The position numbers were made by a program, and so were the translations under genes. 48,058 bases of DNA, taken from contig JAFGJA010000322.1 of the NCBI GenBank assembly GCA_016929355.1, forward strand, positions 1 through 48,058. Reading direction: 5' to 3'. Below the pieces are notes generated by a model. The model had not been told where the DNA came from. It was given only the letters and a program-made list of their open reading frames with translations, and made no database searches. This document shows, piece by piece, positions 1-9,076 of this stretch. Within the stretch, counting starts at the first letter, position 1; each line of letters begins with the position of its first letter. The DNA comes from Anaerolineae bacterium. Its GTDB lineage: Bacteria > Chloroflexota > Anaerolineae > Aggregatilineales > Aggregatilineaceae.

Positions 1-195
1 AAAAACAGCTTGAACACACCCGTTGACGTGGTGCCGCTGACCGTTTCCGAAGTCCGACGTTTGTTGAACCGCTTAGTGTGGCGGATCTCGCACTCTGTCG
101 AACAGCTTTTGGCCTGGTCGTTTTGGCGGCGACAGCACCAAGCTCGCGCGAAAGCCGCTCATTATCGTCGCCATTTAGCTCGTTCGCCTGCTTAA
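1..195 (+). CDS. Transposase C-terminal fragment (IS701 / SRSO17-COG5659-like), running off the left edge
   Basis: Frame 1 is open from nt 1 to TAA at 193-195. The tail ...VEQLLAWSFWRRQHQARAKAAHYRR matches the W-S-x-W-R-R-x-H-Q-x-x-A-x-x-x-H-Y C-terminal signature I recall for IS701-family DDE transposases. Only about 64 aa are visible. Confidence 0.5.
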   Translation, partial: KNSLNTPVDVVPLTVSEVRRLLNRLVWRISHSVEQLLAWSFWRRQHQARAKAAHYRRHLARSPA

Positions 196-229
196 GCGTT
201 TCTGTTACGCTATCTGTGGCTGTAGTATT

Positions 230-353
230 AGAGACCATGCGGTAAGAAGAATGGCCAGTCATTTTGTCGCCCCAAGTTCCATCTTGGGAAAAGATCGCAA
301 GGCGAAAGTCAAAACACATCCGTTATTAGCGCCTATGCTTCCGCATGGTCTCT
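230..353. repeat. Perfect 13-bp inverted repeat AGAGACCATGCGG (230-242) / CCGCATGGTCTCT (341-353) spaced 98 nt; MITE-like or IS-end-associated hairpin
   Basis: Read directly. If the arms are taken as 12 bp, they are flanked by TTA (228-230) and TTA (353-355). It lies 35 nt downstream of the transposase stop. A small CCCAAG/CTTGGG hairpin sits inside it (271-288). Confidence 0.4.
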
Positions 354-655
354 TAAGCTGCTGCTCCGAATTTGCTGTGCTTACCCACCCTCTTTGTCAC
401 ACTAAGTTGCATAAACCTTGCTTCGATGATAAAGTAACGAATAATTAAATCATCTCAAAGTATATTCCTATTTAATGATATTTAGATGTATAGACAATGA
501 TAATACTTATTACAGTTTTAAAATCGCTGGCTTTATTCAGTAAGAACAACATACAGCACCCCAAAATTAAGCATATGATGTAGCCGTTAAACTTGCTATT
601 ATGGGTGTATGGGAACAATTTTGTCTGGATTGCGAATATCATTGGTCAATAGTTG

Positions 656-694
656 GCAATGCTTACGGGCCAGTTTGTTATAGCATTGCGTTTT
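656..694 (+). terminator. Weak terminator-like stem-loop (GCAATGCT-18 nt-AGCATTGC) followed by GTTTT
   Basis: 8-bp perfect stem at 656-663 / 682-689, then a T-run at 691-694. It lies in the AT-rich spacer between the IS fragment and the first operon gene. The loop is long, so this is a weak call. Confidence 0.2.
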
Positions 695-716
695 AGCGGC
701 GATATGGGGAACCATC

Positions 717-722
717 TATAAT
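717..722 (+). promoter_or_regulatory. Candidate -10 box (perfect TATAAT) for the plus-strand operon
   Basis: TATAAT at 717-722, 27 nt upstream of ATG 749. Only a poor -35 (TTAGCG at 693-698, 18-nt spacer). The surrounding 440-720 region is strongly AT-rich. Confidence 0.3.
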
Positions 723-748
723 TCAACATCCCGAGGTAGGAAAATTTT

Positions 749-1984
749 ATGCTGCGTTTTGTCTCATTTATCATGCTAGCAACGACATGGCTTTTAATCG
801 GGATAGCCATGCTTCTAGCAGGCGTAGTGCTAGGAAGCCTCGTGTATTATCCCTGTATCTCGACAACGGCGGGGGGGTACGACTGCCGTGAGATCAATCA
901 CATCATTGCGACAGAATGGCTGCAAGATCGCATTCCTAACGATTCATTAGATACCTATTTATTCATTGGCCCGGCATTATTTACGCTCATAGGATTTTGC
1001 GCCATTTTTGTGGCCCTTCAGATACTTGATCTAACCCTGCGCCGTCATAACCCAAACCAGGCAACCATGGCTATTGGGTTTGGTGTGTTTTTCGTGATCT
1101 TGGTCTTAACAATACGGGCTTTTCTTGGCGGGGAGATCAAAACGCGGGCCGTTGATGCGCGCCAACTTGTTTGTGCAGAAAATCTGCCGGCGAGCATAAA
1201 CATTTCAGAAGCGACAAATGAGCCAGGATGTTTGATCCCACCGGCAAATCCTGATCATCCTTTTTACACGTTCCTAAACATCGACAAAATTAACCAACTC
1301 CGGCGCGGCTTGGTGCTGTTGAGCGCCTGGATTTTGGGTTTGTCGTTGGTTCTGCTGTCCGAATCCACTCGCCCCCCGACTACCGTGCAGCACCAACTCG
1401 AACGGTATGGCGAGGATGTGAGTTGTGAGCGTTGTGGGGCTGTGCCCACTGATGGCGAAACGACACCGTTATGCATTTTATGTATGCATTATTTTGAACC
1501 GAAAGCCACCATCCACGATGCCCAGACCGAATACAAGGAAGGCGATACCATACGTCTGGATATTGAAATTACGCCCAAAGACAATATCCCGATGCGAAAT
1601 GCCGTAATCACGCTGCGCGTGGGTCAATTCTTGAACATCACAAACTACCCAACTGAAAAATCCTGGGAAGCGCGGCCTAACTACCAGGGATCAGTCTGCA
1701 CACAAGTCGAGTTTGTTGGACCAAAAGTTATCGCCACCCAACAAACTATTCCGGTAACGCTAAACGTGCATGAAAGTGTCCAACACCAACGCCGCGCCAA
1801 ACAGGCAGCGATGATTACCATTGAAGCCCACGCGACAGAATACAGCGCAATAGAAGCACAACCAATCAAAGAACACATCACACTGGTTCGCCCGCCTAGT
1901 AGACTTGAAAACATGGAACAATATATGATGAACCACGCGAAGCGGCTACGGTTCTGGCAGCCGCCGGCGGACCTATCAGAATAA
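749..1984 (+). CDS. Polytopic membrane protein with a cytoplasmic CxxC-x12-CxxC zinc-ribbon and a beta-rich C-terminal domain (hypothetical)
   Basis: ATG with a GAGGTAGGA SD-like element upstream. About 4 hydrophobic helices (FIMLATTWLLIGIAMLLAGVVLG, LFIGPALFTLIGFCAIFVAL, MAIGFGVFFVILVLTI, LVLLSAWILGLSLVLL). CERCGAVPTDGETTPLCILC at nt 1424-1483. Confidence 0.75.
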   Translation: MLRFVSFIMLATTWLLIGIAMLLAGVVLGSLVYYPCISTTAGGYDCREINHIIATEWLQDRIPNDSLDTYLFIGPALFTLIGFCAIFVALQILDLTLRRHNPNQATMAIGFGVFFVILVLTIRAFLGGEIKTRAVDARQLVCAENLPASINISEATNEPGCLIPPANPDHPFYTFLNIDKINQLRRGLVLLSAWILGLSLVLLSESTRPPTTVQHQLERYGEDVSCERCGAVPTDGETTPLCILCMHYFEPKATIHDAQTEYKEGDTIRLDIEITPKDNIPMRNAVITLRVGQFLNITNYPTEKSWEARPNYQGSVCTQVEFVGPKVIATQQTIPVTLNVHESVQHQRRAKQAAMITIEAHATEYSAIEAQPIKEHITLVRPPSRLENMEQYMMNHAKRLRFWQPPADLSE

Positions 1985-2009
1985 TGAGTGCGGGAAAGAG
2001 GAAACTTAC

Positions 2010-3140
2010 ATGAAGCGGCTATCCACGCTGCTGATCATCAGTGTTTTATTAGGAATCACAGGTTTGCAGGTTTGCCACGCGCAAGATGGGCCAGACTGTT
2101 CCACAACTTCTGATGTGCGCTGTATCGGCTTATCGCAAGTCAATATTGTTGGTGCAGAAGCCCTGTCCTTATATCCTGGTTTTCGCAATCCCATGCTTGA
2201 ACTGGACATTCAAATACGCGCCCCCGCCCCTCCAGGGATTGACACTGGGTATATTTACGTTGATACGATCAAACAATTGGGCAATCAGGCTCATGCGCTC
2301 AATCACTGCGAACTTGTAATCGTCGCTCTCTCAGACGAGGAAGATCAGTATCTTAAACAGCAAGCTATTATCTGGGATACAGACCGAGAACAACGAGTGC
2401 GTGTGTTTGCATTTTGCAAGCAGATCAATTTGCCCTATGGGGGCGACGCCAGCGCAGCGCGGATGCCATTTCCCAGTCAATCCACCACGATTTCGTTGGA
2501 TGATACCTCGCAGATAGATCAGACTCAGCTTAATACACTCACCGAACTCACCCACAAACTGATCGCGGCTGATTGTAGAGATAGTATTACGGGAGAACCG
2601 ATCACGCTCAGAAGCTTTCAAGCGCAGCTTGCCGTCTTTTTGATTTTCCATACAACGCCCGACGAAACCGATCCCGTTACTGATGCGTGGCAAAAATTTA
2701 AGGATGGCGGGCAAGTGTACGTGGATCAACAGCACGACGATTTTTTCACCTGTCTGCTCCCCGCCGTGAGCACGCCCATCCCGACGCCCACGCCGACCCT
2801 AACACCCACACCTCCCCCAACGTTGGGGCCGGATTTATTTACGGCAACACCGGAGCCACCCACACTTTTCAACCAGACCATTCCTGATACACCAGCCGGT
2901 GACATCAACCTGCTGGAATTACTGTTGGGAGCCGGAGGAGTGATTACAGCCGGGGTGGTTGTGATCGTGTTGACGGGTATGAAGCGAATGCGGCTGGCTT
3001 TGGGGGTGACTGCGCTGTTACTCGCGCTGGGCATTGCCCTTAGCATTCTCTTTCCGAATTTCTGGGAAAACGATCCGGCAGAAAACACGCTCGCACCATC
3101 GCCAACTCATACACCACAAGCCACGCCAGGGGAGAATTAA
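2010..3140 (+). CDS. Secreted protein with a Pro/Thr linker and a C-terminal double-TM anchor (hypothetical)
   Basis: AAGAGGAAA SD. Signal peptide MKRLSTLLIISVLLGITGLQVCHAQD. Linker TPIPTPTPTLTPTPPPT (2772-2822). Hydrophobic segments LLLGAGGVITAGVVVIVL and LALGVTALLLALGIALSILF. Confidence 0.75.
   Translation: MKRLSTLLIISVLLGITGLQVCHAQDGPDCSTTSDVRCIGLSQVNIVGAEALSLYPGFRNPMLELDIQIRAPAPPGIDTGYIYVDTIKQLGNQAHALNHCELVIVALSDEEDQYLKQQAIIWDTDREQRVRVFAFCKQINLPYGGDASAARMPFPSQSTTISLDDTSQIDQTQLNTLTELTHKLIAADCRDSITGEPITLRSFQAQLAVFLIFHTTPDETDPVTDAWQKFKDGGQVYVDQQHDDFFTCLLPAVSTPIPTPTPTLTPTPPPTLGPDLFTATPEPPTLFNQTIPDTPAGDINLLELLLGAGGVITAGVVVIVLTGMKRMRLALGVTALLLALGIALSILFPNFWENDPAENTLAPSPTHTPQATPGEN
2772..2822 (+). 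repeat. Pro/Thr-rich linker-coding low-complexity tract (ACN-CCN repeats)
   Basis: Encodes TPIPTPTPTLTPTPPPT. Confidence 0.85.
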
Positions 3141-3142
3141 CC

Positions 3143-5782
3143 ATGAATCGTCACATCATGGCTCTGGTCGTCATTATCCTGCTGGGCATCAGCATACTGC
3201 TTAACCTGAATTCGGCACTGGCCCAGAACGATCCCCATCCGGCGCTGCTGCTGGTCATTTTGTTAGATGATTCGAGCACCATGTCAGGCATAAATTCAGC
3301 GAACACCGTTGGCTATTCCGTCCTGACCGGGCGCGATCCATCTGATCCGGCTGACGGGCAAGGCGATGGATTATCGACAGGCACGCGCGATGAAGCGGTG
3401 CGCAGCGTGCTCTATTTGCTGGCGAACGATACGCAACAAGCGCATCAGGTGGCGATCATCCAATTCAGTTCGGGAGAAACAACACGCTGGCTCGGTGATG
3501 ACCCGGATACGCCATTCTTTTATACCATTGGTGGTCCTTCATTCAATCGCCAAACCGGATTGAATGCGATCATCAGCCAACTTGACAATCGCCCCGTTTG
3601 GGCAGGCGATTTGAATCCCGGTCCAAGCGATATTGCCACAACACTGGCTAAAGCCGAACAAGCGATTAAGGTGCGTGTCAGTCAAAATTCTGGTAAACCC
3701 GCGATTCTGCTGGTCGCCGACGATGTACCGATGGAAGCACCCTGGAGCGGCCCCGACAAAGCGAATCCCTGGAAACCATTCTCACCTGATCAATTAGTAC
3801 AGTGGACCAGCCGCTATATTCCAGCGCTGGATCAAACGCTGGATATTCTGCGTAACTATCCTGCGTACAATACAACCTGTGCCAACACAATTAACGGCCA
3901 ATCGCAAGGTATTCCAGTGGGAGTGATGGCGCTCGGTGCGGCGAATTGGATCGGCTATGATGGGACTATCGCTGAAGGCACACCCCCCGATGCCTATTAC
4001 CAGCGTATGGTTCAAAGCCTGAGCGATGCCCCCCTTTTTTACACCATTGATCCCAACCTGACACTGGATACAAACCAATTGTACGATGCGTTTCGGACAG
4101 CCAGCACAAGTTTTGTGCGCGATGTGCGCTGTATTAATGCCCAGGATATGCAGCCAACAGTCGCCAACAGCCAGGATATACAGTACACGTTGTCCGTTTC
4201 AAACTTTGATAGTCAGATTCATTTTGTGTTCGATGTATATGATCCGACAATGCAAGTAGTCCCGGAAATTACCCCGGCCCGGTCCAACACAGTCTATACG
4301 TATACTGACGCCAAAGATGCGTCCGCCTCGCGTCAGCTTTCACCAGATGGCGTATGGCGCGAAATCTGGACCTTTAACCATCAGGGGAATTGGGCAGGTG
4401 ATTGGACGATTCGTTTTCCAGGCAACACACAAATCAGGTCGATTACAGCCGAAAAAATAACGGACTCGACCAATCTAACTCTTATCCCTGATCGCAGCCA
4501 ATATGCCGTTGTAGGAGCCGAAGATATTCAGTTCACAGCCGAACTCAAAGCGGGAGATTGGCCGATCTATCATTCCGATCCGTTAATTGACCATATAGAA
4601 GCAACCGTGGCGGGCGAAACATTTCCGGTGACGTTCACGGACGATGATAAACTACTCATCCGTCCCCCGACGGGCAATCTTCCCAATGCGGGACGGCAAT
4701 CTTTTGCGGTGACAGTCTACTTCAAATCCGATGAGTTCGCACCCTGGACTCATGAAATTGCCGACTTTTTCACGTTTTCAGAAGAAATAACGCGGGGCGA
4801 CATCAGCCCTAATAATGGGGATACATGGACCTGCACACTCAGAGAGGATAGCAACGAATTCGGCCAACCGTTTACAGTTCGTTTTGTCAAACCGGAGTCT
4901 ATCAGCAGCGAGGGCGTATTTAACTATATTCGGGTGCAAGTTTACGCCGAGAATCCCGTCGAAAATCCTGCGGCAGAACCCATCGCGCGCCTGCTCTGGG
5001 ATCAATACACAGAAAACTCCACCGCATTTAAAGGCGTAATTCCGTGCGAAAAACTGACACCCAGTAACCAACAAGAGCGCATCTGGATCAAAGCCGAATT
5101 TGCCGATAATACGCCGATTTTTGCCGCGCAGGAGTGGGCTTATGTTCTGGCTCCTACGCCCACGCCACTGCCCACGCTTGTACCCACCCCTTCGATGCTG
5201 CCCACGCCTACCCCGGTTCCACCGGATCAGAAAAATATTGTTGATGAAACGACAGAATTATTCGACAGTGGCGAACCTGGCTACTGGTTGGTGTTAGCTA
5301 TCGGCAGCGCATTAGGCTTGGTCGCGGTGCTGCGCGGCGCACAGATCATACGTTGGTATCTGATGCCACTCTCGTATGTATCGTATACCTTTACCTACCA
5401 GGGGCAGCGCGAGGCTATGCGTCGTGCGCTCGTATGGTATTTGTTGGGGATGCCTTTCAAGTATTCCACGATGATTCCGCGCCACCACATGCCCAGGAAA
5501 AACCGAACGGCGGAGCAGCAGCAACCACCGGCAACACTTGAAGAATCCGCAACAGCGACACCAGATGAAACGCGATCCCAATCGACGCATCCGCAATTGC
5601 GCATCAGGGCTAATCCCGGCGAACTGGGCTTATATATTCAAGCCCCGCCCATCGGGATGATCCGGCTGGATCAACAATTGCTACAAAATCAGGAAACACG
5701 TTACGTGAATCGCAAAAAAATCACTATCCGTATTGGATCAGACTATGAGATCGTTATCCATAATCGCCGCGCCCGTTTCTAA
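3143..5782 (+). CDS. vWA-domain single-pass membrane protein (paralog D, most divergent) with a cytoplasmic FHA-like tail
   Basis: GGGGAGAA SD. Signal peptide ...LNLNSALAQND. MIDAS-like LVILLDDSSTMSG (DxSxT variant). Later ILLVADD strand. PT linker at 5153-5224. TM GYWLVLAIGSALGLVAVL. Roughly 150-aa tail ending ...ITIRIGSDYEIVIHNRRARF. Confidence 0.8.
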   Translation: MNRHIMALVVIILLGISILLNLNSALAQNDPHPALLLVILLDDSSTMSGINSANTVGYSVLTGRDPSDPADGQGDGLSTGTRDEAVRSVLYLLANDTQQAHQVAIIQFSSGETTRWLGDDPDTPFFYTIGGPSFNRQTGLNAIISQLDNRPVWAGDLNPGPSDIATTLAKAEQAIKVRVSQNSGKPAILLVADDVPMEAPWSGPDKANPWKPFSPDQLVQWTSRYIPALDQTLDILRNYPAYNTTCANTINGQSQGIPVGVMALGAANWIGYDGTIAEGTPPDAYYQRMVQSLSDAPLFYTIDPNLTLDTNQLYDAFRTASTSFVRDVRCINAQDMQPTVANSQDIQYTLSVSNFDSQIHFVFDVYDPTMQVVPEITPARSNTVYTYTDAKDASASRQLSPDGVWREIWTFNHQGNWAGDWTIRFPGNTQIRSITAEKITDSTNLTLIPDRSQYAVVGAEDIQFTAELKAGDWPIYHSDPLIDHIEATVAGETFPVTFTDDDKLLIRPPTGNLPNAGRQSFAVTVYFKSDEFAPWTHEIADFFTFSEEITRGDISPNNGDTWTCTLREDSNEFGQPFTVRFVKPESISSEGVFNYIRVQVYAENPVENPAAEPIARLLWDQYTENSTAFKGVIPCEKLTPSNQQERIWIKAEFADNTPIFAAQEWAYVLAPTPTPLPTLVPTPSMLPTPTPVPPDQKNIVDETTELFDSGEPGYWLVLAIGSALGLVAVLRGAQIIRWYLMPLSYVSYTFTYQGQREAMRRALVWYLLGMPFKYSTMIPRHHMPRKNRTAEQQQPPATLEESATATPDETRSQSTHPQLRIRANPGELGLYIQAPPIGMIRLDQQLLQNQETRYVNRKKITIRIGSDYEIVIHNRRARF
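5153..5224 (+). repeat. Pro/Thr-rich linker-coding low-complexity tract
   Basis: Encodes PTPTPLPTLVPTPSMLPTPTPVPP, immediately before the TM of vWA paralog D. Confidence 0.85.
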
Positions 5783-5803
5783 TCGCGTATCGAGGGAAAA
5801 CTT

Positions 5804-8800
5804 ATGAAAAATACCACGCCGATCAACCTACGTCCCACCTTGATCATCGGCCTGGGGGGATCCGGTTCCCGTATCGCTGTGCAACTCAAAGCGCGGTTGG
5901 AAGACGAACTAGGCAGTGATAGTAACTATCACCGGGCGATCAAAATCCTGTGTTTGGATACGGCCAATGAAAAATTTACGGCTCTCCAACCCAATCACCC
6001 CGATCGTGAACCGGTGCGCCTCGCGCCGGATCGGGAATATGTGCGGATCAGCGATGTGCCGTTATATGACTTGATGCGCAGTAAGGAAACCAATGAAGCT
6101 ATCGCCTCGATTTTCCCCGAAGTCCTGCACTCGACTCAAATCGATCAAGGGGCACAGCAGGTCCGGCGGTTGGGACGTATTGCGTTGTTTTATCACTATG
6201 GCCGGATCAAAGAAAAGATCAGCCAGGCAATCCGCGCGCTGCGGCAAATGGATGTAATGGATCGATTGGGTCCGATTGACGATGAGAAAGAACTCTATGT
6301 CGCGGATCGCCAACGACTGCGCGTGTTTGTGCTGAGTTCACTTTGTGGGGGAACCGGTGCCGGCATTTTTATCGACATCGCGTATCTGGCGCGCCATCTG
6401 GCATTGGATGCCGGAGTCCCTTCGACACGTGCGGTGGACGTGATCGGAATGCTGCTGCTGCCGGAAGCGTTTCCTGAAATCTCGACAACGGGCGGCGCAC
6501 GCATCCGGGCTAACGCCTATGCATCACTGCTTGACCTGGAATACTACAATCAAGCCACCGAAGCCGATGAAAAACTCTACCGGGTGGATTTGCCGGGTGA
6601 ACGAATCGAAGTGACGGGCAGTCCATTTTCGCTGTGCTACCTGATTAACAGCAGTGGCCCGCCCGGTACAATGCGCGGGGTGGCCGATCTCGCGCCCATG
6701 TTGGCGGACAGTCTCATGTTGATGATCACCAGCCGCATGGGTGAACAACTTGACGCCACCCTGGATAATGTGCGCGCGTCGCTCACCGTCTATCACGGTG
6801 GATACCGCGCATTTTATAGCGCGCTGGGCATGGCGCAAATCGTTTATCCTTTCGTATGGCTCAAGCAGCAATTTGGACAACGGCTCAAGCGAGAAATCAT
6901 CGAGCGGTTCATTTTGCCGCAAAATATATCCCTGCGCGACACACGCGACGCTGCCCAAAAATGGTTTAATGAGCAGCAAAACTGGATGCGGGCCGAACTT
7001 GACACTGACTTGTTATCGCTTAAGGAAGATGTGGTCAATCGTCTGAAAAATTTCGCGGAAGAAACTCACCTGTATCCTAATCCTACCGCGCAGTTGCAGA
7101 CCGAATACCGCACGTGCGTCCGCCAATTTGAACAGACTATCATCACGCAGGTGCATGATAATGCGGTGGATGTCGAACGACGCTTACGAACGCAACTCAA
7201 CCACGCAGTGGATGATTTTATTGACAAGGGCTTGACCGCAGAGCCGCCGTGCGGTCTCAGTTGGACGCTCACATGGTTGGATGATCTGGCGGCGATAATC
7301 TACAACGAGCTTGAAAACCCAAGTTATCTCGATCATAACGCCCCCTTGAGCGAACACCTGCAAAAAATCTACGCCGTCAACGCCATGCCCTTGCTTGGCG
7401 AGTGGTGGGGACGTAAGCGCAGTATTCCCAGAGCTGCGTATGATCTCAGTGACTACCTGGAAAACCGAGCGGATCGCATCGTCATCGAAAACGAAATGCG
7501 TAACATCTTTCTGAGCAGCATACGGTGGATTGAACAGCATCGTGATCAGGTCAATGCCGCGATCCAGTTCTGGGACCGCGAAAGACGCCGCAGTCAGGAA
7601 CAGGAAAAACCGCAGTACACGCTCGTGACCCAAACCGTCATTGATGAACACGAACTCAACCAACATCTTGCGGCAAAACTGCGCGAAATCCTGCCGGCAG
7701 AAGATGACCAAACCGGCCATGCGTCTCACCTGGACCTGAGAAAACAGGTCGAAAATGCCTTTAAAGATGCGACGAATGGGCAAAGTGGATTATCCCGGTC
7801 ATTGGACCTTAGCACGCGCGAGGAAATTCAGCGTGCGCTGACCCATCTCTGCATGTCGTATTATGATGCAATCACGGATCGGGGGGATGTAATCGAGCAT
7901 CTCAACGAACTCTCCCCCATTCGCCGCGAGGACATGATCCGATCCCTGGGTGATATGGCGCAACCGTTGTTGAGCTACAGTAAAGGACTGCTGCAAGCCA
8001 TTCCGCCGCGCATCATACAGGTGCTAGGAGCCAAAACGCAAAGCGCTGCCGAAGATCATATCCGTCCCCTGATTGGGGATCAGATGGACCTCAGCACAGT
8101 GGCAACACACAATCAAGCCACCACCGCCCTACTAATCACCCATCATGGCATCCCGATTTCGGCGCTTGCCAAACTTGAAACCTATCGGGGGCACTACGAA
8201 CAACTGCAAGACGAACCCAACGCAATTTTCCACCTGGACACAGAGCGCGAAAACGCGCCCTATGATCCGGGATCGTTCTACTTCGTCAATCTGGCCGATT
8301 TCCATACCTATTTCGCCAGGACGCTCGCCTATAACTGGCTGGTGCGCACCCAATACCAGCTTCGCCGCTCGGATAACCGGGTGGATTTACAGGATACCTT
8401 TGCTTTTGACAGCGCGTTTTTCAGCTATTTTTCCATTGCGATTAATCGCCAAATCACGATTATTAACAATGAGATTGAAGCGCTCGAAAACCGCATGGTA
8501 GATCGTTTTACGCTGGATGATTTCACCGTTGGCAAAACGCAGCGTCGATTAAAGCAGTTACACACCATGAACAATGAACTGCAACAGTATCTGGCAACCT
8601 GTATCCCGGCTAGAAACCTTGAAGATGGAGTATTGGTCCTCAACCGAAATGAACACGATTACGCTGATTTCCATGTCATCATGCGCCCCCCGGAAGGACG
8701 CGAACACCCCACGATCCCGGCCCAGACGTTGATTCAGACGCGAGATGCCATCTTTCGCGGGCAATCACGGCTCGTGCCGCAGTTTTTCATTGAGGCTGTC

Positions 8801-9076
8801 AACAACTATTACGCCACCCAACTCCAAACGGACCGGATCACGCTGGAAAATTTGATCAAAACGTTCCTGAGTGAACGCCGATACCGCGACTATGCACATG
8901 ACGATTCCCGCCGCCAGCAAGACTTTACCATGCGATTAAGTCAACCGGGCCAACCAAGCTATGAACTAGAACAGCGTCTTTGTGCAATTTTGAGCGTTTA
9001 CTTGCGCACCCTCAAACAAAAGGACCGGGGTCTTCGCACCAATGGTTATTGGACTCCGAGTGAGGAATTGTTATGA
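5804..9076 (+). CDS. Giant tubulin/FtsZ-like GTPase (Tubulin_2 / FtsZl-1 type), canonical nucleotide loops
   Basis: GAGGGAAAA SD. N-terminal LIIGLGGSGSRIA (T1-like, nt 5840-5872). LSSLCGGTGAGIFIDIAYL (tubulin signature GGGTGSG-like, nt 6344-6364). LLLPEAF...IRANAYASLLDLE (T5/H5-like). No TM segments. Confidence 0.8.
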   Translation: MKNTTPINLRPTLIIGLGGSGSRIAVQLKARLEDELGSDSNYHRAIKILCLDTANEKFTALQPNHPDREPVRLAPDREYVRISDVPLYDLMRSKETNEAIASIFPEVLHSTQIDQGAQQVRRLGRIALFYHYGRIKEKISQAIRALRQMDVMDRLGPIDDEKELYVADRQRLRVFVLSSLCGGTGAGIFIDIAYLARHLALDAGVPSTRAVDVIGMLLLPEAFPEISTTGGARIRANAYASLLDLEYYNQATEADEKLYRVDLPGERIEVTGSPFSLCYLINSSGPPGTMRGVADLAPMLADSLMLMITSRMGEQLDATLDNVRASLTVYHGGYRAFYSALGMAQIVYPFVWLKQQFGQRLKREIIERFILPQNISLRDTRDAAQKWFNEQQNWMRAELDTDLLSLKEDVVNRLKNFAEETHLYPNPTAQLQTEYRTCVRQFEQTIITQVHDNAVDVERRLRTQLNHAVDDFIDKGLTAEPPCGLSWTLTWLDDLAAIIYNELENPSYLDHNAPLSEHLQKIYAVNAMPLLGEWWGRKRSIPRAAYDLSDYLENRADRIVIENEMRNIFLSSIRWIEQHRDQVNAAIQFWDRERRRSQEQEKPQYTLVTQTVIDEHELNQHLAAKLREILPAEDDQTGHASHLDLRKQVENAFKDATNGQSGLSRSLDLSTREEIQRALTHLCMSYYDAITDRGDVIEHLNELSPIRREDMIRSLGDMAQPLLSYSKGLLQAIPPRIIQVLGAKTQSAAEDHIRPLIGDQMDLSTVATHNQATTALLITHHGIPISALAKLETYRGHYEQLQDEPNAIFHLDTERENAPYDPGSFYFVNLADFHTYFARTLAYNWLVRTQYQLRRSDNRVDLQDTFAFDSAFFSYFSIAINRQITIINNEIEALENRMVDRFTLDDFTVGKTQRRLKQLHTMNNELQQYLATCIPARNLEDGVLVLNRNEHDYADFHVIMRPPEGREHPTIPAQTLIQTRDAIFRGQSRLVPQFFIEAVNNYYATQLQTDRITLENLIKTFLSERRYRDYAHDDSRRQQDFTMRLSQPGQPSYELEQRLCAILSVYLRTLKQKDRGLRTNGYWTPSEELL

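Noticed and set aside
251-448. 65-aa plus-strand ORF downstream of the transposase fragment
   Set aside because: No SD, and the translation is compositionally odd (Cys/His/Leu-rich with no motif). It spans the inverted-repeat region, so it is most likely non-coding IS-adjacent sequence.
7184-7783. 199-aa antisense ORF inside the 5804-9076 gene
   Set aside because: It is a shadow ORF with no SD or motifs, and the opposite strand is strongly supported.
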